This document shows positions 35,066-48,585 of a stretch of DNA of 64,000 bases, piece by piece. Numbering within the stretch: the stretch's first letter is position 1; every line of letters begins with the position of its first letter. Position numbers and translations under genes: made by a program. The notes under the pieces were generated by a model, which was not told where the DNA came from, ran no database searches, and saw only the letters and a list, made by a program, of their open reading frames with translations. Source of the stretch: Mobula hypostoma (taxonomy: Eukaryota); contig NC_086097.1 of assembly GCF_963921235.1 (NCBI RefSeq), forward strand, positions 34,102,001-34,166,000. The letters are read 5' to 3'.

Positions 35066-36069
35066 AGTTTACACATCCTTTGGTCTGATCCTAAGGTCCT
35101 TCACTTGTCTTGTTGTACACTGCAATTTATTTTTCTGTCACCACACTGCACCAAACTCCTTTTAATCCTTTAATCTCTCCTGCCTTCGACCCTATCACAA
35201 ACCTTTCCTTCCTTTGCATCGTAAACCATATTTTTTTTAATCTCCAACTTTTTCCAATCCTCATAAAAGGTCATCAGACAGAAACTTCAGTTCTATTTAT
35301 CTTCCTATGAAAGAGAGACCACTGAGGATTTCTAGTGATGTAGGAAACATGTATCTATTTTCAGTCTGTATTGTATGTTATGGTATGTTTATTATGGTAA
35401 CTTGTCATGTGGGTTGGGTCGTGGTAGAAGCAAATAAGTATTCTCACTTTGTCTAAGCCAGGTCATTTTAGTCTAGTTGAATGAGGTTGAGAAATTGAGA
35501 TTTTTTTTTGTTGACTGCTAAACTTCACTTAGTTACGCCAATTGGAATGCTTATTTCATTATTATGTTAATTCTGTTCTGTCATTAATTTTGTTTTGTTA
35601 GTTTTTTTATTGCTACAAAATCATTCATCTTTGCTGGTTTCATATTAAGGGGATGGAATGTACTTCCCTCAATTGGGAAATTGTTATTTGGAAAAGCGTC
35701 ACACAGAGTCGATGACCCTGGCTTAGTCCCTCAGCAGTTTTGGTTTGTTTTCTAGTACTTTCTTATTTTATTCTTGTTTGTTACCTGATGCTAATTGGCA
35801 GCTGTAATAACTCATTTGGGGCACAAATATTCCATTCAGGGAAGTTGTAATGAACTCCAGAGAAGCAGCAAAGACTTCATCAGTGAAATATACTCTACTT
35901 AATAATAAGTTCAACTGATCCATTATGGGAGGCAAACAACAATAAAGTTCATAAGCCCTCCTGGTGAAGTCTATAATGCAAGTAATCACCTTTGCACGCA
36001 TATGTTTTTTCACTTCTAGAAGTAAAAGAAGAACCCTAAGATCCAACAATATTGCAAGCAGATATTTCC

Positions 36070-36345
36070 TGTGAACCTCCTTTGAATCCTCTCTAGTTTC
36101 AGCACATCCTCTCTGAGATAAGAGGCTCAAAACTGCTCACAATACTCCAAGTGAGGCCTCACCAGTGCTTTACAAAGTGACATTACATCCTTGCTTTTAT
36201 ATTTCGATCCTCTTGAAATTAATGCTAACATTGCATTTGTCTTCCTCAACAGAGACTCAGCCTGCAAATTAACCTTTAGGGAATCCTGCACAAGGACTCC
36301 CAAGGCCCTTTGCACTTCAGGTTTTTGTATTTTCTCTCCATTTAA
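36070..36345 (-). mobile_element. CR1 RT fragment
   Basis: LGVLVQDSLKVNLQ...[12 protein letters not shown]. Confidence 0.8.
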
Positions 36346-36699
36346 CTGTACGTAGTGAAAATGCAACTCTCTATTAGAAAGGAATAATTGTGAACTTCTC
36401 CTGTTCAGCCAGTTTAGTAATTCCACTACCATAACTGGCTGAGAATAATTTTACACACATAGTTCATATGTAACTATCCACTACATTTTCCAGAGAAAGT
36501 GCTTTCATTGCTGTATCTTCTGTCATAATTTCTCTTTCCAATTTTAAATGGATTCCGCTGGATTCAAACATATTAATGATGGCCTCTGGACCTAACCATC
36601 AGATCACCCTTGTTCTTGACTTTTCAATTCCATGCACACAATAAACCCTTCATATAGATCATGGTCTCCACATCCCCACTGAAGCAGACACTCTTACAA

Positions 36700-38020
36700 A
36701 CCTCTGCAGATGTACTGTTGAAAGTACCTGACTGGTTGCAATTTGGTCTGCTGTGGCAGTTCAAATGTACGAGAACTTGGGAAGCTGCAGAGAGTAGTGG
36801 ATTCAGCCCAGTATACTACGGGCACATCCTCCCTGAACACTGTAAGTATTTAAGGGGGTACTGTCTCAATTATCAAAGACCTCATCATACAGACTATGTC
36901 ATCTTCTTGCAGCTACCATCAGGCAGGAGGTACAGAAGCATGAAGTCCAACACTACCAGGTTCAAGAATACATACTTCCCTTCAACCATTTGGTTCTTGA
37001 ACTGGAAAACTTTAATCACTACAATTTAGCAAGGCTAAGACCATTTTGATCAGTTTGCACAAAAATTGACTTTTTTTGTTCGAGTGAGTTGGTGATTTCT
37101 ATAAAAATTGTGTTTGATGAAGGAGAGATTGTCTAAAATATTCCCTAATGTTGATAGTTATTGTGATAGATGTAAAACTGAAACAGCTACACCGACACAC
37201 ATGTTTTGGTCCTGTTCTATACTGGAACAGTTCTGGAAGTCAGTTTTTTCTACAATTTCTAAAACACTTAAAATTAATTTACAACCTAAGAAATTAACTG
37301 TGCTTTTTGGAATAATTCCTCAAAATACCCGCAGTATCTCTTTGTCTGACCAACATGTTATTGCATTTGTTACATTGATAGCTAGGAGGGCCATTTTGTT
37401 GAAGTGGAAGGATACATCGGCTCCCACTTTGTCACAATGGTTCTCTCAAGTGATGCTATGTCTTAGTTTGGAGAAAATTAGAAGTTGAACTTTTGAACCT
37501 ATGTTTGATTTTGAGAAAAGATGGGGTTCATTTGCTCGTTACTATCATTTGAGTTAATTGATAGATTTCCTCCATGATCTAATTGTAAATTTTTGGTATT
37601 TTTTTCTTGCTGGCGGTTTGTGTTTATCTTTAGAAGCTTTTTGTATGACGCATGGCTCCGGGGTTGGACACCTAATGGGGGTTTTTTTCCCTCACTTTTC
37701 CTTGCTTAGTAGGGGTTTTTTTCTCTTTCATTTTGTCACCAAAATTTTTTCAATCTTTAAAACAATGTTTTTTTTTTCTTGAGACATTGTAAGTGTTGCC
37801 TGCTTCGATGTACTCGTGTTAATTTTGGATAATAATAATAATAAAAACATTTGAAAAGAAAGAAAGAGAAAAATTGTGTATATTTATACTTAGTTTTTCC
37901 GTTCCTTGTGAATACTGCTTATCTGATGTTACGCTCCTGTGATGCTGCTGCCATTAAGTTTCTCATTGCACCTGTGCACACACGTACTTGTGCATATGGC
38001 AAAAACTCAACTTTGAACTT
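36700..38020 (+). mobile_element. Rex1/Babar 3' remnant interrupted by L1
   Basis: LPSGRRYRSMKSNTTRFKNTYFP; tail AACTTTGAACTT at ~38010. Confidence 0.75.
37114..37868 (+). mobile_element. L1-clade LINE 3' fragment
   Basis: ORF2 C-terminal zinc knuckle CDRC...HMFWSC; T-rich 3' UTR and A-rich tail; 11-bp TSD AAAAATTGTGT (37103-13 and 37869-79) at a T/AAAA site. Confidence 0.85.
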
Positions 38021-38639
38021 ACTCAAATCCTGTTACCACGATCACTGAAACCACAACCCTGCTCTCTGCTCTCGCAAGAGTAGGGACTCCCCACACAGCT
38101 CTGTCATCCATTGGCCAAAACTCTGCCCACGTGGCAGGCTTAATCGGGCCTCCAGCTGCCAGTCCTCTTCCCAGTGTTCCCAAGCACCTCATCTGAGCAT
38201 CAAAGTTAATGCTGAGTTTACTGTCATATGCACAAGCACATGCATGCTTAGGTGGAATGACAAACTTACTTGCACATAACATCAGAAAAACAGCATTCAC
38301 AAGGAACACAAATTAAACACAACCTTTAAAAAAGAGCACAATTTGAACAAGGAAGTCCACTGTGGTGCAAAGTGATCCAAGTGGTGGCACAAATGCTGCT
38401 GGAGAGAGGCAGCTAACAACATGGCTTCATACATGTGATCTGACCTCTTAAACCTATTCTCCTTCATGCAGTGTTAACAACTGAGGCCTCAGAGTCTTCA
38501 GAAGTTTGCAGTCACAGACAGGTTGAAAAATGATTGAAGCAGCCCACATCACAGAGTGTATGGCTTTAACGTGGGATTGTAATTTTGACATCTTCTGGAT
38601 AGCCCACAAAAATGTCTGTTTTACTTCTTTTAGATCTGT

Positions 38640-39568
38640 TTTTCACCTTAAATGTGTTTCTGGGACTGCTAGAGCCTGCGATTTACAGTTTGGGAAGCAA
38701 CTGAGCGATCTAGCGCTTTGCTGTCTCCGAGAAGATTCAGGGAAGCAAGCACGTGCTCAGATGGCCTTGAGGCGGAGAGATTTTGAGACAGGTGTGAGCT
38801 GATGTTTGTCTTTATTTCACCATTTAAAGCATCCATTAATCGTCAATTAAGGCGTTGAGGAGAATTGAGACATCAAGACGAATGAGGAAGGCAAGGGAGA
38901 ATTCAACACCGACTGCCCGTATTTTGATTGCTGCCACAAAAGGAATCTGTGGGCGGCCTATCACTGTGTGACTCACTGTGACCTCTCTGCCTCATGTGGT
39001 ATCCCTCTCTTTCAATGGTGGAGGATGTTACCCTAGTCCTGCGGGATTATTGCGTTTATGGACTGTAGACTTTTTTCAGATTTACGGTTTTTATATTCTG
39101 TGTTTTTTTGCCCATTCCTTTTCCATTTTGTTGTGTGAGGAGAGGGAGTTAGTTGGGGGGGGGTGTTAATATTCTTTTGTGCGGGGGAGGGAGATATGAG
39201 GGCGGGTCAATGTTCCCGTTTTTTTGTACGGGGGCAGGGGGTTTGGGGGTTGATGTTTTTGTTGAATTCTGTTAGTTTTTTTGTGCAGTGGGGGGTATTT
39301 CAGGGTTGATGTTCTTGTTGCATTTCGTGTGGGGGTGGGGGATATGGGGGTCGATGTTCTTGGTCCCATTTTGTGCAAGGGGAGGGGGTTTGGGGTTTGA
39401 TGATCAGGATGCTGTTATTTGTGTGTGTGTGAGGGGAATGGGTTTGATGTTTCTCTCTAAAATTACTTTCATGTTCTTTCTTTGTTTCGTGGCTATCTGG
39501 AGAAGACAAATCTCAGAATTGTATATGGATACAGACTTTGATAATAAATAGACAGTTGAACCTTTGAG
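38640..39568 (+). mobile_element. Non-coding retroposon with G/T-rich internal repeats
   Basis: Imperfect GGGG...GATGTT...TTTT units at 39150-39460; tail TTTGATAATAAATAGACAGTTGAACCTTTGA. Confidence 0.45.
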
Positions 39569-40021
39569 TTTCTGCGTTTCTGTTTTCCGAGTAAATTGAT
39601 TTTCTTTGCTGAACAATCAACCATGAGCCAAGTTAAACTCTGCCTCCTACTCACTGGCTGAGCCACTGGTTAGTATCCTATCTAATCACAGGAACACTTC
39701 CCTTTGGGATAATTGAGGGGCAGAGGGTGGATTTCTAGGCTGCACAAATAATCCCAGGCCCTTCCCTTTCTAATCTTGAAACAGTAGCAAGCACTTCATT
39801 TTGTCATGAGCCTGACGGGCAGTATGCTGACCTCCAGGTCACCCAGTCCAGTTATGCCATGGGCAGTGAGCTGCTTCTGACAGGCAGGTGGCCAGTCAGC
39901 TCTCGATGAAGCTTTGTATGACAGTAGAAACAGACTGGGCCTCAAACCTTGGAGTCCACCCTCCCTCCCCACTGCATGTGCTGCCTTGGTATCCTTTACA
40001 CTGGCAATAATCACTCTAAAT

Positions 40022-40101
40022 CAGGAGTTCCCAACCTCTTCTATGCCATGGACCCTTACCATTAACTAATAGTTCTGTGCACCCCAGGATGGAAACTCCA
40101 G
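40022..40101. mobile_element. hAT/Charlie-like 80-bp MITE
   Basis: CAGGAGTTCCCAACC start; flanks CTCTAAAT/GTCTACAT; same family as 47546 and 63457. Confidence 0.7.
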
Positions 40102-40744
40102 GTCTACATCAGCGCAAACTTAACCACATCAACCCTGCACCAAACAGCCGATGTCAGAACAGTTCTGAAACCTCACAGTTTCAAACATGAACACCACTGG
40201 AGCTCTAATAGAAAATTACCTTCTGAGCATACAGTTGCCATCGGAATATAAAATGATCTATTGAATTCAGTGGATAATCAACCATTTTAATGTGAATAAT
40301 TTATACAACATTGCCAATTGGAAGATTTGAGTAAAACAGATAATGTTTACCCATTATCTAAAATTGCAGTGATTTCTTATGTGTTAGATGGTGACTTGTC
40401 ACCCGTTTCAATATACTTACAATGCAAGTACTTGAAACTTTGCAAAATGAACGATAACGTGGTCTCCTCTAATGATTTTCAATACTGTGTGATGTGCCTA
40501 CACTCTAAAAAATAATAAATATTAAAAAAGTAATTGGATATAATGCCTATAAACTTATGATTTATGATCCTTCCAGCTTGTAAGAGTCCCCAGCTGTAAT
40601 TTATCTTGGATTAAGCAACTATCAATGGGAGTATGGGCTGTGAACATTGTATCAGATTGTACTTCAATAAATTAAAATATGTCTAATATCTCCCCAAGCC
40701 TTTGTTTCCTCATCTAACAAAATGACATTATTGTAGGTTCTAAA

Positions 40745-41675
40745 CAAGGGAAAATCTGCAGATGCTGGAAATCCAAGCAACACACACAAAATGCTGGAGG
40801 AACTCAGCAGACCAGGCAGCATCTATGGAATAGAGTAAACAGTCGACGTTTCGGGCCAAGACCTTTCAGCAGGACTGGAGAAAAAAAGATGAGGAGTCAG
40901 TGTAAGAAAGTTGGGGGAGTGGAGGATGAACCTCAAGGTGATAACGAAAACCAATTTCCCCCGGGATCAATAAAATATGACTATGACTATGACTATGACT
41001 AGGTGAAACTGGGAATGGGGGAGGGAGATGGGTGAAGTAAAGAGTTGGGAATTTGATTGGTGAAAGAGATACAGGACTGGAGAAGGGGGAGTCTGATAGG
41101 ATAGGACAAAAGGCCATGGAAAAAGGAAAGTTGGTGGGGGGGGGGGAGAGAAGGAGCACCAGAAGGAGGTGATGGGCAGTTAAGAAGATAAGGGGAGAGG
41201 GGGAAATGGGAATAGGGAATGATGAAGGAGAAGGGACATTACCAGAAGTTTGAGAAATTGATGTTCATGCCTTCAAATCGGAGGCTACCCAAATGGAATA
41301 TAAGGTGTTGCTCCTCCAACCTGAGTGTGGCCTCATCATAACAGTAGAGGAAGCCATGGACTGACATGTCGGAATGGGAATGGGAAGTGGAATTGAAATT
41401 GGTGGCCACTGGGAGATCCTGCTTTTTCTGGAGGACAGAGCATAGCTGCCTGGTGAAGTGGTCTCCCAATCTGTGTCGAGTCTCACCGATATACGGGAGG
41501 CCACACCAGGAGTGCCGGATGCAGTAGATGACCCCAACAGACTCACAGGTGAAGTGTCGCCTCACCTGGAAGGACCGTTTGGGGCCCTGAATGGTAGCGA
41601 GGAAGGCGGTGTAGGGACAGATGTAGCACTTGCTCTGCTTGTAAGGATAAGTGCCAGGAGGGAGATCAGTGGGGA
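40745..41675 (-). mobile_element. Penelope-like element 3' part (GIY-YIG endonuclease + pLTR)
   Basis: ORF 41239-41685 reads TCESVGVIYCIRHSWCGLPYIGETRHRLGDHF...LEEQHLIF. A short (ATGACT)n-tailed insertion sits at 40944-41000. Confidence 0.88.
40840..40877 (-). ncRNA. Hammerhead motif with a mutated core
   Basis: Minus strand CAGTC-CTGCTGA-AAGGTCTTGGCCC-GAAAC-GTC-GACTG; CUGA has become CUGC. Confidence 0.6.
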
Positions 41676-42209
41676 AACTGTACAATCAATGTTGCCCCCA
41701 CAGCAGGTTCAAAGCCAGCCCAGCCCCAGTCATCGAGCAATAGTAGAAAGGTGATACTTGCAGCAGCGCATAGTTGGAGACTAAGCTCTGAGTTATCACC
41801 ATTTATTCACTGAAGAATAGGATCTTCATTTAACATCTGCAAAGCAAAAGACTTTAAACAATCTGCCCACATTGCAAAGCTCCATCAATCCAACAAAGAA
41901 GGTCCATGATTAAACATATAAAGGCACAGATGTCACCTTGTGGGTGTGGACATAATATTGTGGGTGGACAAAGATGACATTCATTGGTGCGCCAACAGAT
42001 TCTTCTTTCATTTGAAGAAAAGTATTTGAATATCTTACACTCAGTACAAAGCTCACAGTCTACCAGGCAGCAGAGACCTCTGTCCTCCTTGCCCATTGGC
42101 TGTTTGTCCATCTTGGTGTGCAGTTTTTCATTGATTCTGTTGTGTTTCTTTGTATTTACTGAAAATGCCCACAAGAAAATGAATCTCAGTATACTTTGAT
42201 AATAAATTT

Positions 42210-43985
42210 AAGACCATAAGCTATAGGAGCAGAATTAGGCCATTTGGTTCATGGAAATAGTTTTATTTCTTCTACCAAAGTGCATGACTAAACACTTCCC
42301 AACAATGAATTCCATCTGCCACTCCTTTGCCAAATCTTCTAATCTGTCTAAGTCCTTCTGTAGACTGTTTGCTTCCTCAACATTGCCTAAGCCTCCATCT
42401 TTGTGTGGTGCACATACTTGGCCACAAATTCACAAATTCCTTCATACAAATCACTGGACATATATCGTAAAAAGAATTGGTCACAACACAGACCCATGGA
42501 ACACCACTAGTCACGGGCAACCAACCAGAATAAATTCCTGTTATTGCTCCTCTTGCCAATCAGCCAATGCCCTATCCATGCTAGTACCTTTCCTATAATA
42601 CTACGGGGTTCTTAACTTGTTTAGAAGCCTCACATACGGCACCTTGTCAAAGGTGTTCTGAAAATCCAGATACAAAACATCCATTGAATCTCCTTTGTCT
42701 ATCCTGCTTGTTATTTCTTCAAAGAATTCCAACTGATTTGTCAGGCAAGATTTTCCCTTGAGGAAACTGTGCTGACAATGGCCTATTTAGTCATGTGCCT
42801 TCAAGTACTCTGCAACTATATCTTTAACAATCAACTCCAACATCTTCCCAACCACTGAAGTCAGAACATCTAGCCTATAATTTATTTTCTTCTGCTTGTA
42901 TCACTTCTTGAAGAATGGAGTGACACTTGCAATTTTGCAGTCCTCTGGAATCATGTCAGAACCTACTGCTTCTTGGAAGATCATTACTAATGCCTCCACA
43001 ATCTCTTTAAACTCCTCTTTCAGAAAAATGGCGTGTACACCATCTGGACCAGGTGACTTATCTACCTTCAGACCTTTCAGTTTCCCAAGCACCTTCTCCC
43101 TAGTTTATAGGCAACTTCGCCCACTTTTGCTCCTCACCACTGTCAAACTGCCTGCTTATCGCTAGTGTCTTTCACAGTGAAGATTGATGTAAAATACTTA
43201 ATCAGTTCGTCTGCCATTTCCTTGTTCCTCATTACTACCTCTCCAGCATAATTTTCCAGTGGTGAAATATCTACTCTCACCTCTCTTTTACACTTTATGT
43301 ATTTGAAGAAACTTTTTGTTCTCTTTAATATTATTGGCTAGTTTACTTTCATATTCCATCTTTTCCTTCTTAATGACTTCTTTAATTGTCTTCTGTTGGT
43401 TTTTAAAACCTTCCCAATTCTCTAAGTTCCCGCTAATTTTTAACCTATTATATGCCCCCCCGCCTTTGGCTTTTATGTTGGCTTTGAATTTTCTGTCAGT
43501 ACAATTACATCATCCTACCTTTAGAATACTTCTTTTTCTTTGGGATGTATCTATCCTGTGCCTTCTGAATTGCTTCCAGAAATTCCAGCCATTGCTGTTC
43601 TGCTGTCAACCCTGCTAGTGTTCCCTTCCAATCAGTTTTGGCCAGACCCTATCTCATGCTTCTGCTCTTCATACTAATTCCCTTTACTCCTCTGTAATCC
43701 TAATACATCTGACTTTAGCTTCATCTTCTCAAATTGCAGGTTGAATTCTATCATATTATGATAATTTCCCCCTTCAGCTCTCTAATCAATTCTAGTTCAT
43801 TGCATAATACTCAATCTAGAACAGCTGATCCCTTAGTGGGCTCAAACACAAGGTGCTCTCAAAAGCCAGCTTGTAGGTATACTACAAATTCCCCTCCTGC
43901 CCCCACCACCCCCAGATCCAGCACCAATCTGATTTTCGCTGCATATTGAAATCCCCCATGACTATCATGACATTGCTCTTTAGAC
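42210..43985 (-). mobile_element. CR1 ORF2 remnant with internal deletion
   Basis: AAGACCATAAGCTATAGGAGCAG tail; LKVDKSPGPDGVH; end of the APE domain near 43950. Confidence 0.85.
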
Positions 43986-45402
43986 ATTTACTTTGAACTT
44001 CATACAACAATCGTGAGGCATGAGTTATCTGCATGCAGCAGGCACTGGAGATAATGGAGAGAACGCTGTCTCTGCAAGATCTCCCAGATCCACAAAGGAT
44101 ACATGAACCAGGTCAGCATCCTCAGCAAGGAAAGACTAAATGCACTCAGTCAACACATATTCAGCTCCAACCTACACTATAGCTAGAGATTTTCAGGAAA
44201 ACAGAGGAATGATTCAAGGATGTTCTCAAAGTCTACTTCAAAAGTATAACATCCCTGCCAACTCTTGAAAATCCCTGGCCCATGACCTTTAGTAGAGAAG
44301 AAACATTTGGGTTGGGACTGTGGACCTCAAGTTCCTTCATCAGGACCACATGAATGCCTGGTGAAAGACAGCAAAATGATTGCACCTTCTTCCTAATTAT
44401 TCATCCGCATTCCTTATCTAGATGCTCCACCAGGTCTGAAGGTCTCATATTGGACTCAGCCACCTCGGAACCAACAGAAATGATATGGGAGAAAGTTATC
44501 ATCAGGGTCAGCCTAAGAGGAAGCCGGTGGAAACTGTCTGTACATTTAATCAACAGAGCACTTAAATGAATTAAAAATGAAGTGCTGGAAACAGTCTACA
44601 GGTCTGCCAGAACTTGTAAAAAAGGAAACAGTTACTGTTTTAAGTTTTATCAGAACTGGGAAAATGAGGCTATCCAATTAGTTTACAGTAGTAGAAAAGG
44701 TGGAGGTGTGACAGTTAGAACAGATAGTAAAAAGGAAAAAAATATATTCCTTAAATTAACGCTGTCAGTTAACATCCAAATAAATGTAAAGAATAATGAC
44801 AAGAATGATTTAGAAAGAGATAAAAGAGGAAGTGTCCATTTAAGCTCTTTCCACATCCTCTTCAAAATATCCAAAAGTAATTTACAGCCAGTGGATTACC
44901 TTTTAAGTAGAGTCAGTATCGCAAAGTGGGAATGCAATAATGAATAGATAATTTTGTGATGATGTTGACAAGGATAAATATTGGCCTGTACATGATAACA
45001 GTTCCCAACTATTTTTAAATAGTGCTCTAGGATCCTTCATACACTTTGAAGAGAGCAGATGGGGCTTTGGTTTCACTCCTCATCCAAAAGACAGCATACC
45101 ACTCCATCAGTATGCACAGAAGATCCAGCCAGGGCTTCTGTGCTCAGTCTCTGAAACATCTGACTCCCAGGCAAGACTGCGCCACACTGTGCCACAAGAG
45201 GAAGAATGCAATGTATGTACATATGTGGCTGCTGAATACTTTCAACCCAGACAATGCAGACAAGAAGAGCAAAGCAAAGAAACATGAGAGTTATTAGAAA
45301 CGTGTGACTGATTCATTCAACCAGCAAGGTCTATTTGCACATACATACGTACATGCCGAACACATGTCTGATACCATGCATACGTCCATGTCAGATAAAC
45401 AG

Positions 45403-46169
45403 TCAGTGGCTAACAAAATGTCCATTGAGTGTATTTTTGTATGTTCGTGGTCTGTTGCTGCTGTAACTGATCCACTTCAAGGTCTGATGTGTTGTGCTTT
45501 CAAAGACGCCCTTCTGCACACCACTGTTGCAATGTGTGGTTATTTGAGTTACTGCCACCTTCCTGTCTGCTTGGACCAGTCTGGCCAACCTCCTTTAACC
45601 TCTCTCATTAACAAGGCATTTCCGTCCACAGAGCTGCCACTTACTGGATTTCTTTTATTTTGTTTTTCACACTATTCTCTATAAACTCTAGAGACTGACA
45701 TTGCATGAAAATCCCAGGGAATCTGCAGTTCCTGAGATAGTCAAACCACCCGATCTGTCACCAACAATTACTCCCTGGTCAAAGTCACTTAGATCATATT
45801 TCTTTCCCATTCTGATGTTTGATCTGAACAACAGCTCAGCCCCTTGACCATGTCTGCATGCTGTTATGCATTCGATGGCCACTTTAATAGGTATCATTAA
45901 TGTAAATATCTAATCAGCCAATCACGTGGCAGCATCTCAAAGCATAGAGGCATGCCTTGATAATGAGAGAGGTGAGAGGTGAATGGCCAGACTAGTTCAA
46001 GCTGACAGGAAGGAGACAGTAACTCAAACAACCACATACTACAACAATGGTGTGCAGAACAGCATCTCTGAACACACAAAGTTTGAACTGGATGGACTAC
46101 AGCACTCAGCGGCCACTTTATTATGCACAGGCGATACAGTATAGAATAAAGTGACCACTGGGTGTATAC
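45403..46169. mobile_element. Rearranged Tc1-derived fragments in both orientations
   Basis: MGKKYDLSDFDQGVIVG...ISGTADSLGFS; TIR-like ACTCAGCGGCCACTTTATT and AATAAAGTGACCACTGGGTG|TA. Confidence 0.75.
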
Positions 46170-47545
46170 ATGTAATTTACTGCTTTTCCTTTTGTTGGAA
46201 AAATTCATATACAGTATTCACATTACATATGGTTTTAACTTATTCGTGGGCATTTTGATCCCTTTTATTTTTCTCAAAGGCACACATTGTTAGTGCTGTA
46301 TCCATCCCTTCCTTGAAGAAGGCATTGAATCTTGATTGGACTTAGCAGAAGCTTGTGTTGTTTCTCTCACATTTTCCACTGGAACAACTTCTGTTATTCA
46401 CGTAATCCTGTAACTCTCTGATATTCTCTCACACTCTTCCTGCAGCAATTTAGTGATTTCAATTCTAATGTTTGGAAAGGTTTTGTTGGCCACTTCCAAC
46501 TCTGTAAAAGTGCTTTTGCAGCCTTCGTTTGACAGACTGCATGCTTACATATTAGAGCTTAGAGATCTTTGACTAAGCCTGGCCAACACACTAACTGCCT
46601 CCTTGCTCGCAATGCAAGTTCATTCTGTATGGAACTCTTCTAAAAACGGTTTTCTCAATATGCATGGTGCAATAAGTTCACGTCTCCATTTAATGACCTT
46701 GCTTCAATGACAACGCACATTTTTAGCTTGAAGAACAAGGCCTGAAACTTGGCACAAGGCTCATGGTTTAATGAGAAGCCTTCCTCTGTGCTTCAGTACA
46801 ACTACAGCAGGCAACATAGAGCACTGAGTGACAGAGCAAACACCGGAATGTCTGCTGCATCCGAGTGTATTGCCATCTTTTTGGTAAGATGGCAGCCCAC
46901 TTGGATGCAGCAACCACTCCGGGTCAAATCAAAAGTGTTTTTGTTCATCTTGTATGTCTTTTTTTATGATCACAGGTCACTGCTGGATGCTAAGAAGATC
47001 AGGTATTGTGGGACTATCTGATCAGTGAGTTGCTCTTTAGTGATGGAGCTGGATTTATTATATATTGTTGTTGTGTTGTCACCTGGACTTGTTGTGTGCC
47101 ATTGTGCTGAGAAGATGCATGGTGCAAGTGATTGGCTTGGACATTTTTTATTACGATCACTAAACCCCGTTGGGCATTGGTAAAGTAGAACACTGCAGGT
47201 CCTGTTCACTGGTTCATTGCAAGACTGTGGGTGAGCTGCATTGCCTTGACTGTAACGAGGACGAAGCCTAGGCCAAGGCTGCAGGGTGACCTGTGGCTGT
47301 CGGCCAATGGAAGAGACGCTGAGGTGGTGCTGCCCCCTGGTGTTCACTTGGTAGAAGAACAAACTGTGCTGGAGAACTTAGTCATGCCTCACAGGGACTT
47401 GCGCTATATTACCACCTCAAAGATTCAAAGTCACTCTCAAAACATTGAGTAAAGATAATGTCATGCTGGTATCTGGAAATCCTTGGCACATGACCACTGA
47501 AAGTGCAGAAGGAACATTTGGAGCCTCGAGTCCATGCAACTAGAG

Positions 47546-47625
47546 CAGGGGTTCCCAACCTTTTTCATGCCATGAACCAATACCATTAAGCAAGAGGCCT
47601 GGGGACCCCAGTTTGTGAACTCCTG
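47546..47625. mobile_element. hAT/Charlie-like 80-bp MITE
   Basis: CAGGGGTTCCCAAC...GTTTGTGAACTCCTG; 8-bp TSD AACTAGAG/AACAAGAG. Confidence 0.8.
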
Positions 47626-47959
47626 AACAAGAGCTTCTGGAAGTCCAGCATAAAATGATAGGAGTGTACCATCCACCAAACTATCCACCTCCTTGTGCCA
47701 ACTGATACTTCTTGTCCCCTCTGTGATGGAGCCAGCAAGTTCTGTCTCGCTCTCATCAACCAAAGAACCCACAGTACTGTAGAGGAAGCAAGTCCGTCAA
47801 ACTCAAGTGATTGTCAAAGACAAGGGAGTAGTAACTTTTCTGGATAGACTGTGGCATCAAGACATTTTAAAGTTTATTGCATCCTCATTTTGGGAAAAAA
47901 AAACCTTTTTATGTCTGCTCAGCTGTTTCCAATGCTGTAACAAGAAAACCATCTTCAGA

Positions 47960-48330
47960 TCAGAAGCTGGTTTATTTATTATCAATGACCTAGATGGCAT
48001 AAGAGCTGTTGTTTTAAGTACAGAAATATAAATGAGAAAATAAAGCAATAAACGGTGCCAAAAAAGATGAATAGCAAGGCAGTGTTCATGGACTGTTCAT
48101 AAATTTGATGGTGGAGGAGAAGAAATTGTTTCTGGATCATTGAGGGGTGGGTCTTCAAGCTCCTGTTCTTCCTCCCTGATGGTAATAATGAGAAGAGGGC
48201 AAGTACCAGGTGGTGAGGGTCCTTAGTGATGGATGCTGCCTTCTCGAGATATCACTTCCCGAAGATATCCTTGTTGGTGGGTTGGATTGTGCCTTTGACA
48301 GACTTTACAACCCTCTGCACATATTCATGT
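47960..48330 (-). mobile_element. Rex1/Babar 3' remnant
   Basis: Contains GAGGGTCCTTAGTGATGGATGCTGCCTT, the reverse complement of the segment at ~3358-3390. Confidence 0.7.
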
Positions 48331-48585
48331 TATTCAAGATTGATTATTTATTTATTGTCATTCTTCAGTGCACAAGTGTAAAGGAGAATGCAATGATAGC
48401 TATTCAGAATCCAATGCAACACAAAAAGATACACAATAATCAGAACGAAGACAATCAATATAATAACACAAGATCAGCTTGTATACATGGACAGACTGCA
48501 TGTGCCCTTTCTCTGAATTCACACCCGACAACCATGACAATGTTTCTGTGACAGCATTCTGCTTTCAAGTATGAGGCAATATAAA

